In this document: positions 1 to 13,489 of the stretch, piece after piece
Layout of the letters: each line of letters begins with the position of its first letter
Position numbering within the stretch: position 1 is the first letter of the stretch
Assembly (NCBI GenBank): GCA_050230475.1
Contig: JBFLGF010000074.1
Span: 1-64,000 of the forward strand
Reading direction: 5' to 3'
DNA length: 64,000 nucleotides
From: Ancylonema sp.
Taxonomy: Eukaryota
Program-made: the position numbers and the translations under genes
Notes under the pieces: generated by a model
Told to the model about the DNA's origin: nothing
The model's database searches: none
Seen by the model: only the letters and a program-made list of their open reading frames with translations

Positions 1-239
1 GCTCGAGGAGGCCTGCGGGGGGCTGAACCCTGAGAAACCCTAAACTTCACTCAACCTAGGGTGTATGAATGGTGCACCCTTGGGACGTGGTTTATTGTTT
101 TAGGGTTTTAGGGAACATGGTGGGTACCAGTGTGCCCCATTGGCTATTCATTCACAGCTGAATCCAGGGCCAAGATCGGAAGATGGGGTAAGCAAAGTAA
201 GTATTGAATGTTCAGTTAGTGGGCAAACAACAGAAGAGG

Positions 240-605
240 AATTGTATGTGTACAATATGTTAATACTTCAGATGGTTATGATCCTCGATTACATGTATCC
301 GTAGATACAAGTCTACATATGCATAAATGTATATATATATGAACATCTACGTGTGTGTTTGTATGTATATGATTTTGTATGTTCAGATCATTGTATGTGA
401 AAATGTAGATGTACAAATATGCATTTATACATAAACGTATGCATCCTCATATACATACAATCAATGGTGAGAACTCAGTTACATAAACGCATGTGTACAT
501 GTATGTACCGATGCATGTGTACATGTATGTGTATGTGTATGCATGTGTACATGTATGTGTATGTGTATGTGTATGCATGTGTGTACGATTTACGTGTGTA
601 TGTAT
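240..605. repeat. (TGTA)n/(TG)n low-complexity microsatellite tract
   Basis: Degenerate runs of tgtatg/tgtacatg; source of the spurious ORF 419..775. Confidence 0.85.
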
Positions 606-619
606 TGAGGCATTTAATA

Positions 620-1360
620 TCAGATCTGTGCAGCCGTTTCGAAACCCACATTGATGAAGAGACGTCTTTTTCTGCGGTCCACAGCTGTGACTATGGCGGG
701 CACAAGGGGCACCAAGAACTCAAGGCGCCTCCCCATCATCTTCTCTCCGCTGATCCTCAGCATGTACTCCTCTAGTCTGTTGGAATCCCGAACAGGAATC
801 TGCTCGATTGCTTGCCACTTGTCGGATCCAGATTCACTCCCATGATCCTCACTGGTTTTGGACACTTGACTTGCCTCGTTGTCTTCATTGGAGGAGATGT
901 CAGCATCGTCATCACTGCAGGTGTTTTCGTGATCCTCGATGACGTCATCGTAGTCATCATCATCGGCACTGTCAGACACAGATGCCAGCTGTAGCACCAC
1001 TTCCACGTGCCCCACAAACACTCCAGACGCTTCCACAATGACAGACCAGCCCTCCACTTCGACAGACAGGCGCGCCACGTCATCAGCTGTTAGGAGATCT
1101 GCAGAAAATATTGGAAGGTACCGATTTTTACCGATCGGACTCGAACGGCATTGTAAGCCACGTGTCAGATGTTCCTGGCGTATCCGGTGGCTAATATTTT
1201 GAAAGAAGCCACTTCGCTGCTTGACCGGAAACGATGTTCTTGTCTCGGTCGGCTCAAATGTGATGCACTGACTGACCAATCTTGAGAAAGAGAGAGGCAA
1301 CTTCGTCGGCCAAACATGGAACGACCTGCAATGCGCGGTCACTTCGTAAAAACATATCAT
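620..1360 (-). CDS. RimM-like PRC-barrel protein with probable organellar transit peptide
   Basis: 246-aa ORF. Ser/Arg-rich N-terminus, then VEGWSVIVEASGVFVGHVEVV ... FLVPLVPAIVTAVDRRKRRLFI, resembling the RimM C-terminal PRC barrel, split by an acidic insert. No RimM N-terminal domain seen; start uncertain. Confidence 0.6.
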   Translation of the reverse strand: MICFYEVTAHCRSFHVWPTKLPLSFSRLVSQCITFEPTETRTSFPVKQRSGFFQNISHRIRQEHLTRGLQCRSSPIGKNRYLPIFSADLLTADDVARLSVEVEGWSVIVEASGVFVGHVEVVLQLASVSDSADDDDYDDVIEDHENTCSDDDADISSNEDNEASQVSKTSEDHGSESGSDKWQAIEQIPVRDSNRLEEYMLRISGEKMMGRRLEFLVPLVPAIVTAVDRRKRRLFINVGFETAAQI

Positions 1361-1841
1361 TATGCTCTTCTGTAGAAAAGAAAATTATTCGACAGTGCTT
1401 TCAAAGTCGACAGTGTTCCATAGCATGATTGCGGCTTCGAGACTCGATGAAAATGAATCGCCTCATCGTAGCGATTGTCAGGTGGCATCGCAGTACGCAC
1501 ACGTCTAAGGTGGCCAAGTGGTAGCGCGCGAAAAGAAGCCAAAGGCGAAAGTAGCATAAGCGCCATCCCTCATTTTATCCTCTTAAATACGCCTAAATTA
1601 CCGGTAACCGCCGCGGTGGTGTACTGCAAAATTGTATGGCGCAATCGCAAATTCGTTGCAAAACTGGTCGTCAAGGTCTGGCGCAAGGTTGAATCGCGAA
1701 AATGAGCCAGGACTGACTCCATGCAGCGCCCGCGCCCCACCCCACACTATACACCATACACATCGGAGAGCAGGACACAGGTGCCGTGTAGGAAGACTCA
1801 CTGGCTCAGCGCCGTGATACAGGTGGAGGCACATCGGTAAC

Positions 1842-4800
1842 ATGGCGAGTGCAGTTGTCAGCAGTATGGTTAGCGGGCGGTCCAAAACGGAAGCTGAATT
1901 GCGCCACGACCTGGAAGAGCTCGAGCGCCAACAGCAACAGGCATGGCCCTACTCCCTAACTCCCTAACTCCCTAACGATTTTTTACTCTATGATACTGGT
2001 GCGAGGAATCTTGGATTTCCGTGACGTCAAAGAGCCCCATAGCTCTGCGATGTAGAAGTCACGTTCTCTTGCTTTCACGCCTGTCTATTGGTTGTCAACG
2101 ATCCGGTTATTGGTCATGTGTCCACTTTCCTGTGTGTTGCAGTGGCACGTCACGTGCCCAAATATCTGTCCAACAAGTAAACCGTTGGATCACTTTCTGC
2201 CAGATTGCAGAGCGTTTACGCGATGCTGCACCTACTCGCCGTCGGATGCCACATCGAAACGGCGTACGTGGCGGACCCGGGGCATCAGGAGGGGTAGTGG
2301 GTGGTTGGGGCAGCAGCAACATGCAACGGGGTCCTATGGAACGCAGCTCTGGCCCGGGGCTCCTGGGCTCAGGGTCCAGGTCGTCAGTCCGGAGGGTGAG
2401 GCTTTGCACCTTCCTTGCACCGCATTGCTTGATCAGGAGCATCTGGGAACACTTAGCAAAGGGTGTTGCAGACCGTAGACTCTTGACAGGTCATCACCGA
2501 GGTTTAAGATTTGAGGTACATGTTTCGACATGGCTGTCCGCGCAGGATGAGGTGGCCGAGTTACAGGATCAACCTCCGAAAAAGAAACGCCTCCTCTCCG
2601 CTGTAGTCAAGGTGTGGCAACACGCTCATCTCAACCTCCTATCCACTTTCCATCCATGATCACCACTCGCTCGCTCATCCACTCAATTACTCAATGACAA
2701 TTGCTGCCGCGTTCTCATGGCGGATATCGGGTTCTGGGTTTCGGGTCCGGGGTCCAGCCTGGAGGAGCTGATGTGGATGGGGAGAAGGTGCAAGCAGCGG
2801 TGGAGAGGGAGGAGCCGCTGAGGAGAGGGGCTGGGGACAGGTGGGGAGCAGAGAGGGGTGATGGGAGCAAGGGGAGAGGGGGCGACCCGCAGGACCTGCA
2901 AGTAAGAACGCTTGTTTACGCCACGGGTTTGGGGACCCAATTTTTACAGAGCATGAAATGGCTTCCGACTCTGGTAAGGAGCCTGGTTGTGCCGCATATC
3001 CGTTCATGTTGGATCGATGGAAAAGGTGACGTACGCCTAAATTACCTTGGATGGATGGATGGCTGGATGGCCTCTAGACACAGAGCATATCTGAAACACG
3101 AAGGTGGTTTAGTTTTTTTTTTTTTTTTTTTTTTGGATGTCTTCATAGGGTTTTAGATCGGATGATGATGACGGACTGCATGCAACCAACCGCTCTGCAC
3201 CCACCCATCCCACATGAGGCTCATCAATCATTCTTCTCTTTCTGACGGTTCTCCAGGAGCCCCCCCACCCCCTTCCGCGTGTTCTACCTCCCCCAGCCGA
3301 CCCCACAGAGACCAAACGGAACCGAAGGATGTTTGGGGCGCTGCTAATGGGGACCCTGGCGGTGAGGCTGGGCTGGGCAGCTGGCAGATGGAGGGGAGGT
3401 GGGGGGGGGCAAAAAAGGACAAGTGTCAGAGCGTCTCTCTCAGAACCTTGTTACAAAAGCAATGGAAGGGTAGACCGAAATCAGTGGAATGGATACACAT
3501 GTAATGGATTCCTTATTTATTTATTCATATTGAGCTTCCTCGGGGTCTTACTCTGAGCTGACATGAGCTCGACTCTGGTCCCCGGCATGTACCTCTTCTT
3601 CCCGTCGTGCAGAAATTCAAGGTGGAGGATCTGAAGCAGCTGGGGTCGGAGGCGTACGTGAAGCGGTCAGAGCAGTTGCAGCGGGTTGGGGTTCGAACTC
3701 GTCGTGAGCTCCGTAGGCGGGGTAGGGAGGGAGGAGGGCAGGCGGAATGGGGGATGGGGGGGGAGCGACCTTACCGTCCGCATCCTGTTTCGTCTGAGGG
3801 GCGCTCGATATAACAGGATGTTCGATATAACGGGATGTTCGAGATATCAGGATGTTCAGTATATTATAATGTTCGATATAACGGGATGTTCGATGTAATA
3901 GGATGTGAGCCGGTAGGATGGAGGGGCTGGGTGGCTGCCAGGCTGAGCAGCGCAAACGGGAGGATAGCGAGCGGCTGCGGCAGAATGAACGGCAGAACAC
4001 GGTGGAGAGACAGAAAAAGGATCTGGTGAGAAGAGCCTATGCTGCCAGGTGGCAGTGAGGACTCAGTTCTGCCAGGTGGCAGTGGGGGGGAGTTGGATGA
4101 AGGGATGAGTGGTGGACAGTCCTGGGTGAGGTGCTCTCTTTGAATCCCTAGGGGGGGGGGGGGGTGGGGCGGGTGTGTAGACGTTGCGAGCGCGGTTAGC
4201 GTCCAAGGCAGAGAAAGTGGGACTGGATCTGACGCTGATGAAGTGGACGAAGCAGCATCGACAGGTGTCCGCCTTCTGTTGGTCAGTGGGGGAGGGGGAG
4301 GGGGAGGGGGAGGAAGAGGAGGGTGTTTAGGGTTTTATAATTTAAAAAATGGTATCGACTAATGTATTCTCAGTTGTCAAAGGCTCAGATTTACGACAGG
4401 GATTGGAATTTGAAGCAATTTCGCATCTCCTGTTTCGCAGCACAAAGGCGCACCCCCCAGTGTTGTTCCGCCCAGCCAAGCCATCGGAAGCTACCAAGAA
4501 ACTGCTAGAGGAGCAGAAAGAGGTGACTGTTTTTTTTTCATTCTGAAAGGAGAGTGGGCAGCATTTGGAGTTTCGTAAATCTGAATCCGAATCCGAATCA
4601 TTTCTCCGACGCAGGTGTTCGCCAGGTGGCAAGAGGAGCGTACCGCGGAACTGAATTCGTACTGTGCCACTCTCCAGAACGAGTACCTCGCAACGGTGGA
4701 TTCGGAAATGAAGCGGCTGCAGACGGGAGCGGTGCCAGGAGGCCTCTTCCCCAGACTCCCCAGAGCCCCCATCCCTGTGACAGTGCATGCGGAGGAGGAA

Positions 4801-5203
4801 GAGGAGGGGGTGGGGAGGAGGGTGGGGGTGAAAGGAGGGGAGGGGGAGGAGGACAAGGAGGAGGCGGCGGCCATGGATGAAATGGAGAACGAAGATGAAG
4901 CGAATTTGAATAAGATGGAAGATGAAACGAAAGGATTCATTCCACAGGAAGAGGAGGAGGAGAAGAGGTGGGTCGAGGAGGATTTGGAGGGGGGGGAGGG
5001 GGAGATTATGGAGCTGGAGGGGGGGGGGGGAGGAAGGGGGGGGAAATGGGGAGAAGGGGGATGTTGACCTTCTGGGCGACACTAGGCGAGAAGATGTGGC
5101 AGAGGAGGAAGGTGTTGGGGGCGAGAGTGAGAAACTGGTGGAGGAGAGGGGTGAGGAGGTGGAGATGGATGGGAAGGGGGGGGGGGGAGGAAATGAGACG
5201 TGA
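1842..5203 (+). CDS. PNN: Pinin/SDK/memA-family splicing-associated protein, about 10 exons
   Basis: Exons about 1842-1940, 2204-2395, 2546-2611, ~2758-2900, 3257-3361, 3613-3684, 3942-4026, 4181-4281, 4441-4521 and 4615-end. Spliced product has IAERLRD, KKRLLSAVVK, PLPRVLP, KRNRRMFGALLMGTL, KFKVED..GSEAYVKRSE..RAEQR. Stop at 5067, or 5203 if a G-run is mis-sized. Confidence 0.9.
3806..3906. repeat. Intronic 17-bp tandem repeat, about 5-6 copies (cgatataacgggatgtt)
   Basis: Directly visible within a pinin intron. Confidence 0.85.
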
Positions 5204-7929
5204 AATTAAGGCACAGTTTTTGGGAGGGATGGGGACAGTTTATTTGTTGTGACAAGAGTGTGCTCATTGCAGTGGCATCGGGTTTGTAGCGTGTTAGTTG
5301 GGGCAATGTGTTTCGAAGCGAGATGTGAAACGTTGAATCCTTGCACAAATATGTGGGAGATTGCTGATTGGAAAATGTAGGCTTTGTGTATGGCGGCCCA
5401 TAGTGACTTTGAACTTGTTGCAATACAGGATTATATGTATGGTAGGCCTCGTTGTGTCGAATTCTATAGGTATCATCCACCCTACTAGCAGTACAAATGA
5501 AATGTCACACCTGCATCCAGTAACTTGTAACTCTTGCAAAGAGCTCATGTCTAAATTAGCCATACACAGATATCGATCATATATTCACATCAATATAAAT
5601 AATAAATGAATGGCTCGGTGACGCAGCAAACAAGATGAATGTGGGGTAGGCTGGGCGAGTGAATTTCGTAGAGAAAATAAGGAATGTTTGGCCACTAGGA
5701 CTGTTAGTGTGTGTATTAAGCACTCTTGTTTTTTTGCTCGCACACCGCGTTTGGTCTCGCGTTATTATAAAATACCCAATCTTCGAAAAAAAACCCTAGC
5801 GGATAGTGGTGTACCACCAGGCTTTATGTAGCCTTGCGATCTAGACCGAGATCTGAAATCCATTCCTAGCTGGTATGTGCAACTACGAGCCATGTCCACT
5901 CACCTTCCACACTCCTTCCCACACGTGGTGTAATATGTGAACCCTTTATCCCTTACCCACACAAACACCACAAACCGATGATTGTCTAGTTGACATTAGA
6001 GAATCCGCCTCTTATCTCCCACCCTCCTCATCGTCTTGTATTCGACACATCTGACAAGTTGAACTTGTAGGAGAAAGCTAGACTCTGGTGTGCAACATGC
6101 TGTCTTTGTCGAATGTCACATAATGCTTAATGACCCGTTCTACCCGTTTCTACCCGTTCCAACGTCTACACCTTGCCTCTTGATCTTCCATCGCAGCCAA
6201 TTCCCCCTCATGAGCAGCTCTTACATAGCGACATTTCCTTCTAGTGTAACCTAAGGTAACTCTTCTTCCACCGGGGTCCACAACATACATGCCCGGATCT
6301 GTGTTACTATTCTCTAGGAGCTCTCGCCCATGTATTTGCCCATACTCCTCCTCTAGCGCCTCTCCAAACTCTACCCCTCTTTTACTTCATTTATGAAGGG
6401 TTTGCCCAGCTCCTTCCGACCACCTCACCATATATTTCCCGACGACCACCTACCACCGACCATTTTTTAAGGAATTTTAGAAATGGAAATCCAATTTACC
6501 CCATCAGCATTGTGCGAAACCCCTAACCCCTGGGGTGTGCCAATCCTCAACCCGAATTGGCTAAACCCCAACCCTGACCACATCAAGACCAACAATAAAT
6601 TGGCCGTGCCTTGGGGTTTGCCAAACCACCAACCCTAATGAAAAATGCGACTGATGCGGTTGATACAAAATTATATTTCGTATTTCTATGCATTAAGACG
6701 GCTGTAAAGCAATCTCAAAAGTATGCATAGAGTTACATATATGATCACCCAAGAGTTGCCGAGATAAAATAATGTAATTCATACCAAATTCAGAGCTAGC
6801 ATTTAGTGATTGTATGCGTGTACATGCATACTCCAATCTGCTCCACAATCGTGTCTGGAGCTGTAGAGCGGAATGGAGTATGCAATATAACGAAGGATGT
6901 ACGCTCACTTCTAAACACAAAACGTATGTATTGCAACTGTATGTGTATGCATGGCTGCAAAGCAACCCATAAGTATGAACCATATACACAATTGCTTGTC
7001 ACTTGGCATTCGGTACCACATTGTAAAATACGACTCAATCTAGAAGCCACTGACTGCATCTAATTGGCTGATCTTGGAAGTTTTGTCGATATAAAACAAT
7101 GCGATTGATGGTAAATTCAGAGCTAAGTTGTTGTAAGTGTATGTGTATACATGTCTGCTCAAAATATTTGGCGTCGAACACGGTATTTGTATGTCTATAA
7201 GTAATGGCAGAGGAGGCTGGAATGATCACATAATGTAACATGTCTCATCACTCGGATTGTGCCAATACAAATAAATGCCAAAAATACAATTGGTGCAAAA
7301 TCCAATAAATCAATTTTACATTTATATATATACATACGGCTGGAAAGCACTCTAAAAATTATCAGTATTCGTATCGGTCTCGGTCAATACTACATTCACG
7401 AGTTACATACTGCATTTCTATGTGTATGGATGGCTGCAAAGCATCTTTTTAGCATGCAAAAGATAACACGTCTCGTCACTTGAAATTCGCTGATTTAATC
7501 TGAGTTGAGAAGCTACTTGTTGCATTTGCATGTGTATACATGGCTTTTTCTTGCTATCACATTTTCGTGATCACGTAGGTTTCGAGAAGTGATATCTTGA
7601 TACCCACGATCACTTCACGTCGTTAACCGCTGGTTTTCATCGAAAAGTGATATTGAGGAGTGATCGTCCATAAACCATGCATTTCATAAAAGTGACCAGT
7701 GGTGGACGCCCATCGGGTTAATCGAACCTTGGATCCTGGCTCGGAATGTGAGCAAAGCAAAGCAAAGCACTCTTTTATCTCATTTTTGGGCAACCTCGGG
7801 TCACCGTCTTGTTCAATACCACTTGCTAGCGCAATATCCATGTCTTCCAACAACTTTACACTCTTGCAAGAGATAAATGCGTATTATTGAAAAATGACGT
7901 GAATGCCGTCTCATTACAAGAACTCGCAT

Positions 7930-8240
7930 ATGTAAAAACTACATATCCTAAGACCGACAAATGTGTGAGCCGATCGTGCTAGACAAATCTAGCAACAATA
8001 TGCAACTCCGCAGAAGAAAGTGGAAGTATCAGAGGAAGTGGTGGGGGAGGTGACAAGGCCATTTATTGCTCGAGACGCTTTTGTAAGGCTCCTAAGATAT
8101 TATTAAGGTACGCTTATTACGGTTAAAACCTTCGTATTAATATTTGGTTTGTTGGCATCATTAGTTCACTTGCATAGGACAGTTTTTCGTTGTACTAGGA
8201 TGGGAATCCCGTCGTTCAGTTATAATAAACATGGTTTCTC
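7930..8240. mobile_element. 3' remnants of the CRE-like non-LTR element seen at 58.0-58.9 kb
   Basis: About 7935-8076 is the reverse complement of about 58660-58800 (ctagcaacaatatgcaactccg..gaagaaagtggaa). About 8190-8230 matches 58816-58858 in direct orientation. Confidence 0.75.
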
Positions 8241-9739
8241 TCTTATTACGGTTGTTAAGATCAGCTTAACTGATCATCTAAGCTTATCCGTTAAGCTGAT
8301 AAGCTTAACTTCTCATGTAGGAGTGTAGGACTGTGGCACGGTGCTGGCAGGGTTGCCATCTGTGTCACGCCTGCATCATTCTAGTACCGGTCGGTGAAAG
8401 AAATCAACACTAGTCTCGCAAATTTAATATGTTGGCCACGTCAGCAGCGCCCGACTGCACTTTACAAACGTTAACGCAGAACCTCCCAAACGGGCTTCGA
8501 AGCCCGTTAGTCTCGAACGATCAATTGCCGGCCTCAAAAAGCGGCTGCGTGGGGCAACTTCTGTGCCACTGGCCGTCGCTGCTAGTAAAATCTTGACGGC
8601 TGGCAAGAATTGGAGAAAGAGCGGCTGACGGACAGACGGCGTGTGCGGTGATCACCACGTATTGGCCCACAGTCCCGAGCACGTGTCCACTATCGCTGAG
8701 AATTTGACAGATCGTCTGCCGTCTGTGTTCCATCAAATTCGAGCCGGCACCCGCATGTGATGCGGTCTGGGCTTTCGTGCACATCGGGATTTTCGCCAAT
8801 GCTTTCGTGCCATCAAAATCACCTATTTACTAATCCGGGTTCGTTATCTCCACATCACCTCTTCTCTTCTTGCAACAGCCAGTACCGGCAATTTCTGAAC
8901 ACACCCCTGCTGCACCACTCCATCAGGTTGTTGATGACCAGAAATAGAAATTCATGCCCTACCAGCGAGTCGTGAAGCTCTCCCCAACTCGTTACGTTTG
9001 GTAATTCTTTGTCCGAACACTTCATCGTCTTCATCGCTCTGTTAGTGTTGACATAATATCACCCTCCTGTTTTAGTTGCCTTCTTTAATTCACCTGAGTC
9101 TCCAGTTTTACTTATTGATGTTGATAGATGTGGATGTGTTACACTCCTCAATTCCTCTGATCGGAATAATTCAGTGATTGGTGGAAAACCTAGTGATTGT
9201 GGGTTTTGATGTCTATTTCTAAGGGACAAACATTGAGAGTGCTCGGCTGCGCTGAATCTTACAAACTGTCTTATGCGGTTTCTCATGGTCGTTTGCCACG
9301 ATGATGTTTGCAGGACGAGTGTGCGCCATCATTTGTACTGCATGCCAGTACCTGTGCTCTCTCAAGAGCTCAAGTTTTTCACTCTGGCCGCCTCTTTCTA
9401 CTCGCGTGTGCGCTTTTGCGCACAGGGTTCGCCAGCGCACGTAGTCAAACTCGCTGCCAAGCGTCGGATCTATGAGTGGTGCCACGTTTGGAGAGTGTGC
9501 CGCATGGTTCGAGGAGTCTGTCTAGATTACGGCTAATTGGTCTTCAGAAGGTTTTGAGGAGCAGTCAGACAGACTGTCGACGCAGGAAGGTCCTCACAGG
9601 AATACGATCTGTAGCCTTGGGTTCTCCAGTGTGGCATACAGAGAAGGCTCGAGAGCATTGGTTGCGATCCTTGGACAGATCTGGTGGCGGCGAACCACTG
9701 GTGTTGGTCTCATTTCTCAGTGACGGCCAGCTTCACAAG

Positions 9740-12700
9740 ATGTCTGGGAAATTAAACTTGGCGTCGCTGTTCGGTCGCAAGAGTTCTAAGGTCGCCAAAG
9801 TAAGAATTTGCGCTGAATTTTGCAGTTGCCCATGTTTGCTATATGTTTGCGTACGGAACAACCGCCATTACATTATCCATCTCTTCACAGCAGTTGCTTC
9901 GACAGCAGTCAGGTGATCATCGTGAATTTGCAGCCAGTTTTCAATATGTAACCCTTTGTTTATGTTTGGTTGTCAGGGTGAAACAGTGGCTATTCAGAAG
10001 CAATCCTCGCAAGTCTCCCCGGCTTGTGTTGGAGCAGAGGTGATAGCAGGGTCTGAGCGCAACTCGTATATAATCCAGGCTTCCTCAACAAACATCGCAG
10101 CTGCTCCTGTTGATGAGGCCAGGGTAACTCCAACAGTGGGATCCCCCGGTTTGCCCGGGAGTGCTGAAAAGATGGACGGTTCAAACGGTAGCAGCGCATG
10201 TATCACAGATCATGGCGTTCGTGGGGCCGAGTGGGAGGACCGCTCTTCCCAAGATACTGGAGATGCGAGTGTGGTGGTGGGGGGTATTCATGGCCAGTTG
10301 CTGGATGTCATCGAATCAGATGAGGAGGTCAACAGAGATGACGAAAATGAATCTGAGTTCGGTCAAGGATGTTCGCTGCTGCTACACGACCTCTCTGTTA
10401 AGTCGAAGGAGAATGTGGAGCATGAGCAGGAATTATTCCATTCAGAAGGAGTCAATGACTATGAGGAGAAGACGGGTGTGTATTCTCCTGAGGGCTTCCA
10501 TCACATGGCAGATTCCAGCAGTAATGTGGGGACAAGCGAAGGAGGTGTTGCGTCCGATGTGGGATTCGAGCTAAAAGAGATGGATACAGATTGGGAGCAA
10601 TCTCAAAGTGCCCAGTCAGAGCCGATGCAAGTGCTGAGGCACTGGGATGGCACGTTGTCTGTAGAAGATAAGCAGGTAGACACAATCCAAACAGACGATA
10701 GCGAACTCGGGGAAGGCACAGATGTAAAATCGACAGCAATTGTAGTTGCTAAAGAACCGAGTCCCTCTGTGTTGCCCGGACCATCAAGGCTTCGATGGAT
10801 GAAGGAGGTGCACGTGCACATGCCACTACAGATTTATGTCCCCCAGCATTGGCAGCAGAGACTCATGAAAGTGAGTGCAGGTGGACGTATGGGAGTGGGA
10901 CAGCAGAAAGGAGGTGCAGATTGCAGTGTGGTGGCCTCCGCTGTGGTGGAAGACAAAAGAGGGGAGCAGGATGCAGTCATGAAGGTGACAATAGCCGTAG
11001 AGACGCCGACCGATGCAACGATGGCCAGGGTTCAGGAATGGGTAAACAATCTCTGCGGGGAGGCCAAGTATTTGGCGGAACATGCCTGGGGACCACAACC
11101 TGTTCTGGAAGGGTTTGAGGCGGCGCCGCATGAGGTTGCTGCATGCTGGTCAGAGGACGAGTTCTCTTTGAAAGAAGAGATGTCGAATTTCAAGCACTCT
11201 CCCACCAGGGGGAAGGTGGGAGGAGAGGGGCAAGGGGGGGTACAATCTGATATCAATGGGGCTGAGGAGCTGGCAGCCAATTGTGTGGGGGTTCTGGAAA
11301 GGGGTGCTGTGACGGCTGCCTTTCCAGGCTGGGGTCTGCGAGTAGTTCCTGCTCTCGTTGGCTTTCATCACCTGAAGAGACTCAATCTTTCACAGAATTC
11401 CATCGGTATGTCCATAGACAATCTGCTCTGCCTGCCATCTCCCCATTTGCTGATTTGCTGCTGTGACCCGCCTGTCTATCTACTTCTAAATCCTCCAAAG
11501 TGTGAGAGGAGGTTGTGGCAGATTCAACCCTCTTGTTTCGCATGGTTGCTGGGACAGGGCCATGATGGTTCTCTTCGTGCAGCAGCATCTTGGTTCAGGA
11601 ATCATCTTTCAAGCACCGACAGATTCCTGATTTCTCCCACCTCTCTGTGTCTATCTGCAGTCCGAATCTCTTCTGGTGCGCTCCCAAGCTCTCTGCATCT
11701 TCTGGACCTCTCTCACAACAACATCACAGCCATTGAAGGACTGAAGGATCTCTGTCGCCTCCGTGTGCTCAATCTGAGCCACAACAGGCTCACTCGAATC
11801 GGTCACGGTAAAAACTGCAAACCCCTCCCCAACTCATCGCACCCATACGCACCAATGGACACGACCTTAGCAGCCCATGGTATCTCCACCCCCGTGGAAC
11901 TTCTGACTGGAGTTTTACCACAATTCGTGCGCATCATTATCGTATGGAGGTTCATTCATGCCATCAGGCGTTTTGCCGTCAGGCGTTTTGCCGTCAGGCG
12001 TTTTGCCTGTTCCGTGTCATGATGTAGCCAGTGTGCCGTCGACTTTGTGCCAAAGCTTAGCCCGTGTCTGGTGTTGTTTTCCCGATTCACACAGGCCTGG
12101 CCGGATGTGTGAAGCTGAGGGAGGTGTACCTCTCGGACAACAAGATCAGTGAGGCAGAGGGTCTCCATCGCCTCCTCAAGCTCACTCTGTTGGATCTGGC
12201 CCGGAACAAGCTCTCCAGCACTAAGAGCTTGGGACAGCTGGCAGCAAATTACGGCACACTGCAGGCACTCAATCTGGCCGGCAACCCCGTCCACATCAAC
12301 CTCAGTGAAGATGCATTTCGAAAGTTCATTCTCGGTGAGTTCCTCGCCAGAAGAGGAAAACGTATGTCCTCCTCATATCTAATGCTTGGCAAATAGAAAT
12401 CACTCATGTTTGGATGAAAGGCGGCCATTGATATTTCGATATCGTTCTTTGGCAGGTCTGCTCCCACGACTCTGCTTCCTGAACCAGACTCCGTTGAGGA
12501 GTGGGGCTGTGACCCGCGACATGTCAGCAGACAGCCTGGCAAGAGCTGCCTTGGCCAGCGGAGGGCACCATTCCGCCCTCCGCAGCACTGGCAAGGGGCG
12601 GAGCAGTGGGGGGGGCATAAGGACAAAGACTGGTGTCCCCTCTACCGGCCCTCAGCTCAGTGGGCACCGCACCAGCCTTGGGGGTGGGCGGGCTGGGGGG

Positions 12701-12790
12701 GGGGCAAAGGCCAGTCAGGCTGGAAAAGATACCAAGAGAGGGCGAACTGTGACTGTATCAGAGAGGCTTCATAAAGATTTGTCGCACTAG
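9740..12790 (+). CDS. Leucine-rich-repeat protein of the plant 'outer arm dynein light chain 1-like' (MASP1-like) type
   Basis: Exons about 9740-9799, ~9977-11405, 11661-11807, 12095-12334 and 12456-12790. Long acidic N-terminus with RVQEWVNNL, then SDS22-type LRRs (LKRLNLSQNSI, LHLLDLSHNNITAIEGL, LREVYLSDNKISEAEGLHRLLKLTLLDL, LQALNLAGNP) and a basic tail. Confidence 0.85.
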
Positions 12791-13489
12791 TGGAAGGGGG
12801 GGAGCATGAAGGAAATGTGTGGTCTAGGATCGTGCAATACCTCGGGGGTGAGGAGGGGTGAATAAATGAGGTATGTAGATATGGTGTTGTATTCTTGAGA
12901 GGCCATGAATGCGTGAAGGTGTGACTGGAGGTATTGTCACCAAGACGCTTCGATGAAGGGGCACTTGCCAATTTAGAGTGATCAGAAAGGCTAGAATAAT
13001 GTTTTCATTCGCACATTATCATGTTCCATTTGCAAACCTTAGTTCTCCTGACAACCGAAGTAATTTTATAATTTTTTCATTATTATTTTCGGCCTATCAT
13101 CAGGACAAGTGTGACAACTTTTACATGTACATGACTGTGTCGAGATCCACTGAATTTATTGATTTATATTCTAGGTGAGCACATAGACCACAAATCCGAA
13201 ATAGAATGTCATATGAAGGGGGTATACCAACTTTCAAACTTCCGATGGCAGACCTGGTCAGACCAAAGATATGAAAATACTAGGTCATTTGCTTTGCTAC
13301 CCATTCAATAGACTATGATGTACTACCCCTGTAATCTGCCACTCAGCATATTCTTCATGAATCACCTCTCCCCCCCCTTCCACACACACAGGTCCCCCTA
13401 TGCCTACCACATCGAATCCACGAAATGCAGTAACAAGTGAATAATCTTGTTCAGTTGGCCAAGAATTGTCTCGGTACATTACTTTCTCA

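Noticed and set aside
25..115. Telomere-like TTTAGGG/CCCTAA motifs
   Set aside because: Only two or three scattered copies, not an array.
419..775. ORF rich in MCMY/VYV, and similar ORFs at 41.4-43.1 kb
   Set aside because: Translations of TGTA/TG microsatellites.
3806..3906. Short repeat arrays as possible CRISPR (also 45479-45621 and 14850-14995)
   Set aside because: Head-to-tail units with no unique spacers, no cas genes, and a eukaryotic context.
11960..12007. RRFAV repeat at the end of the 688-aa ORF
   Set aside because: A 15-bp tandem repeat inside an intron; the ORF reads through introns.
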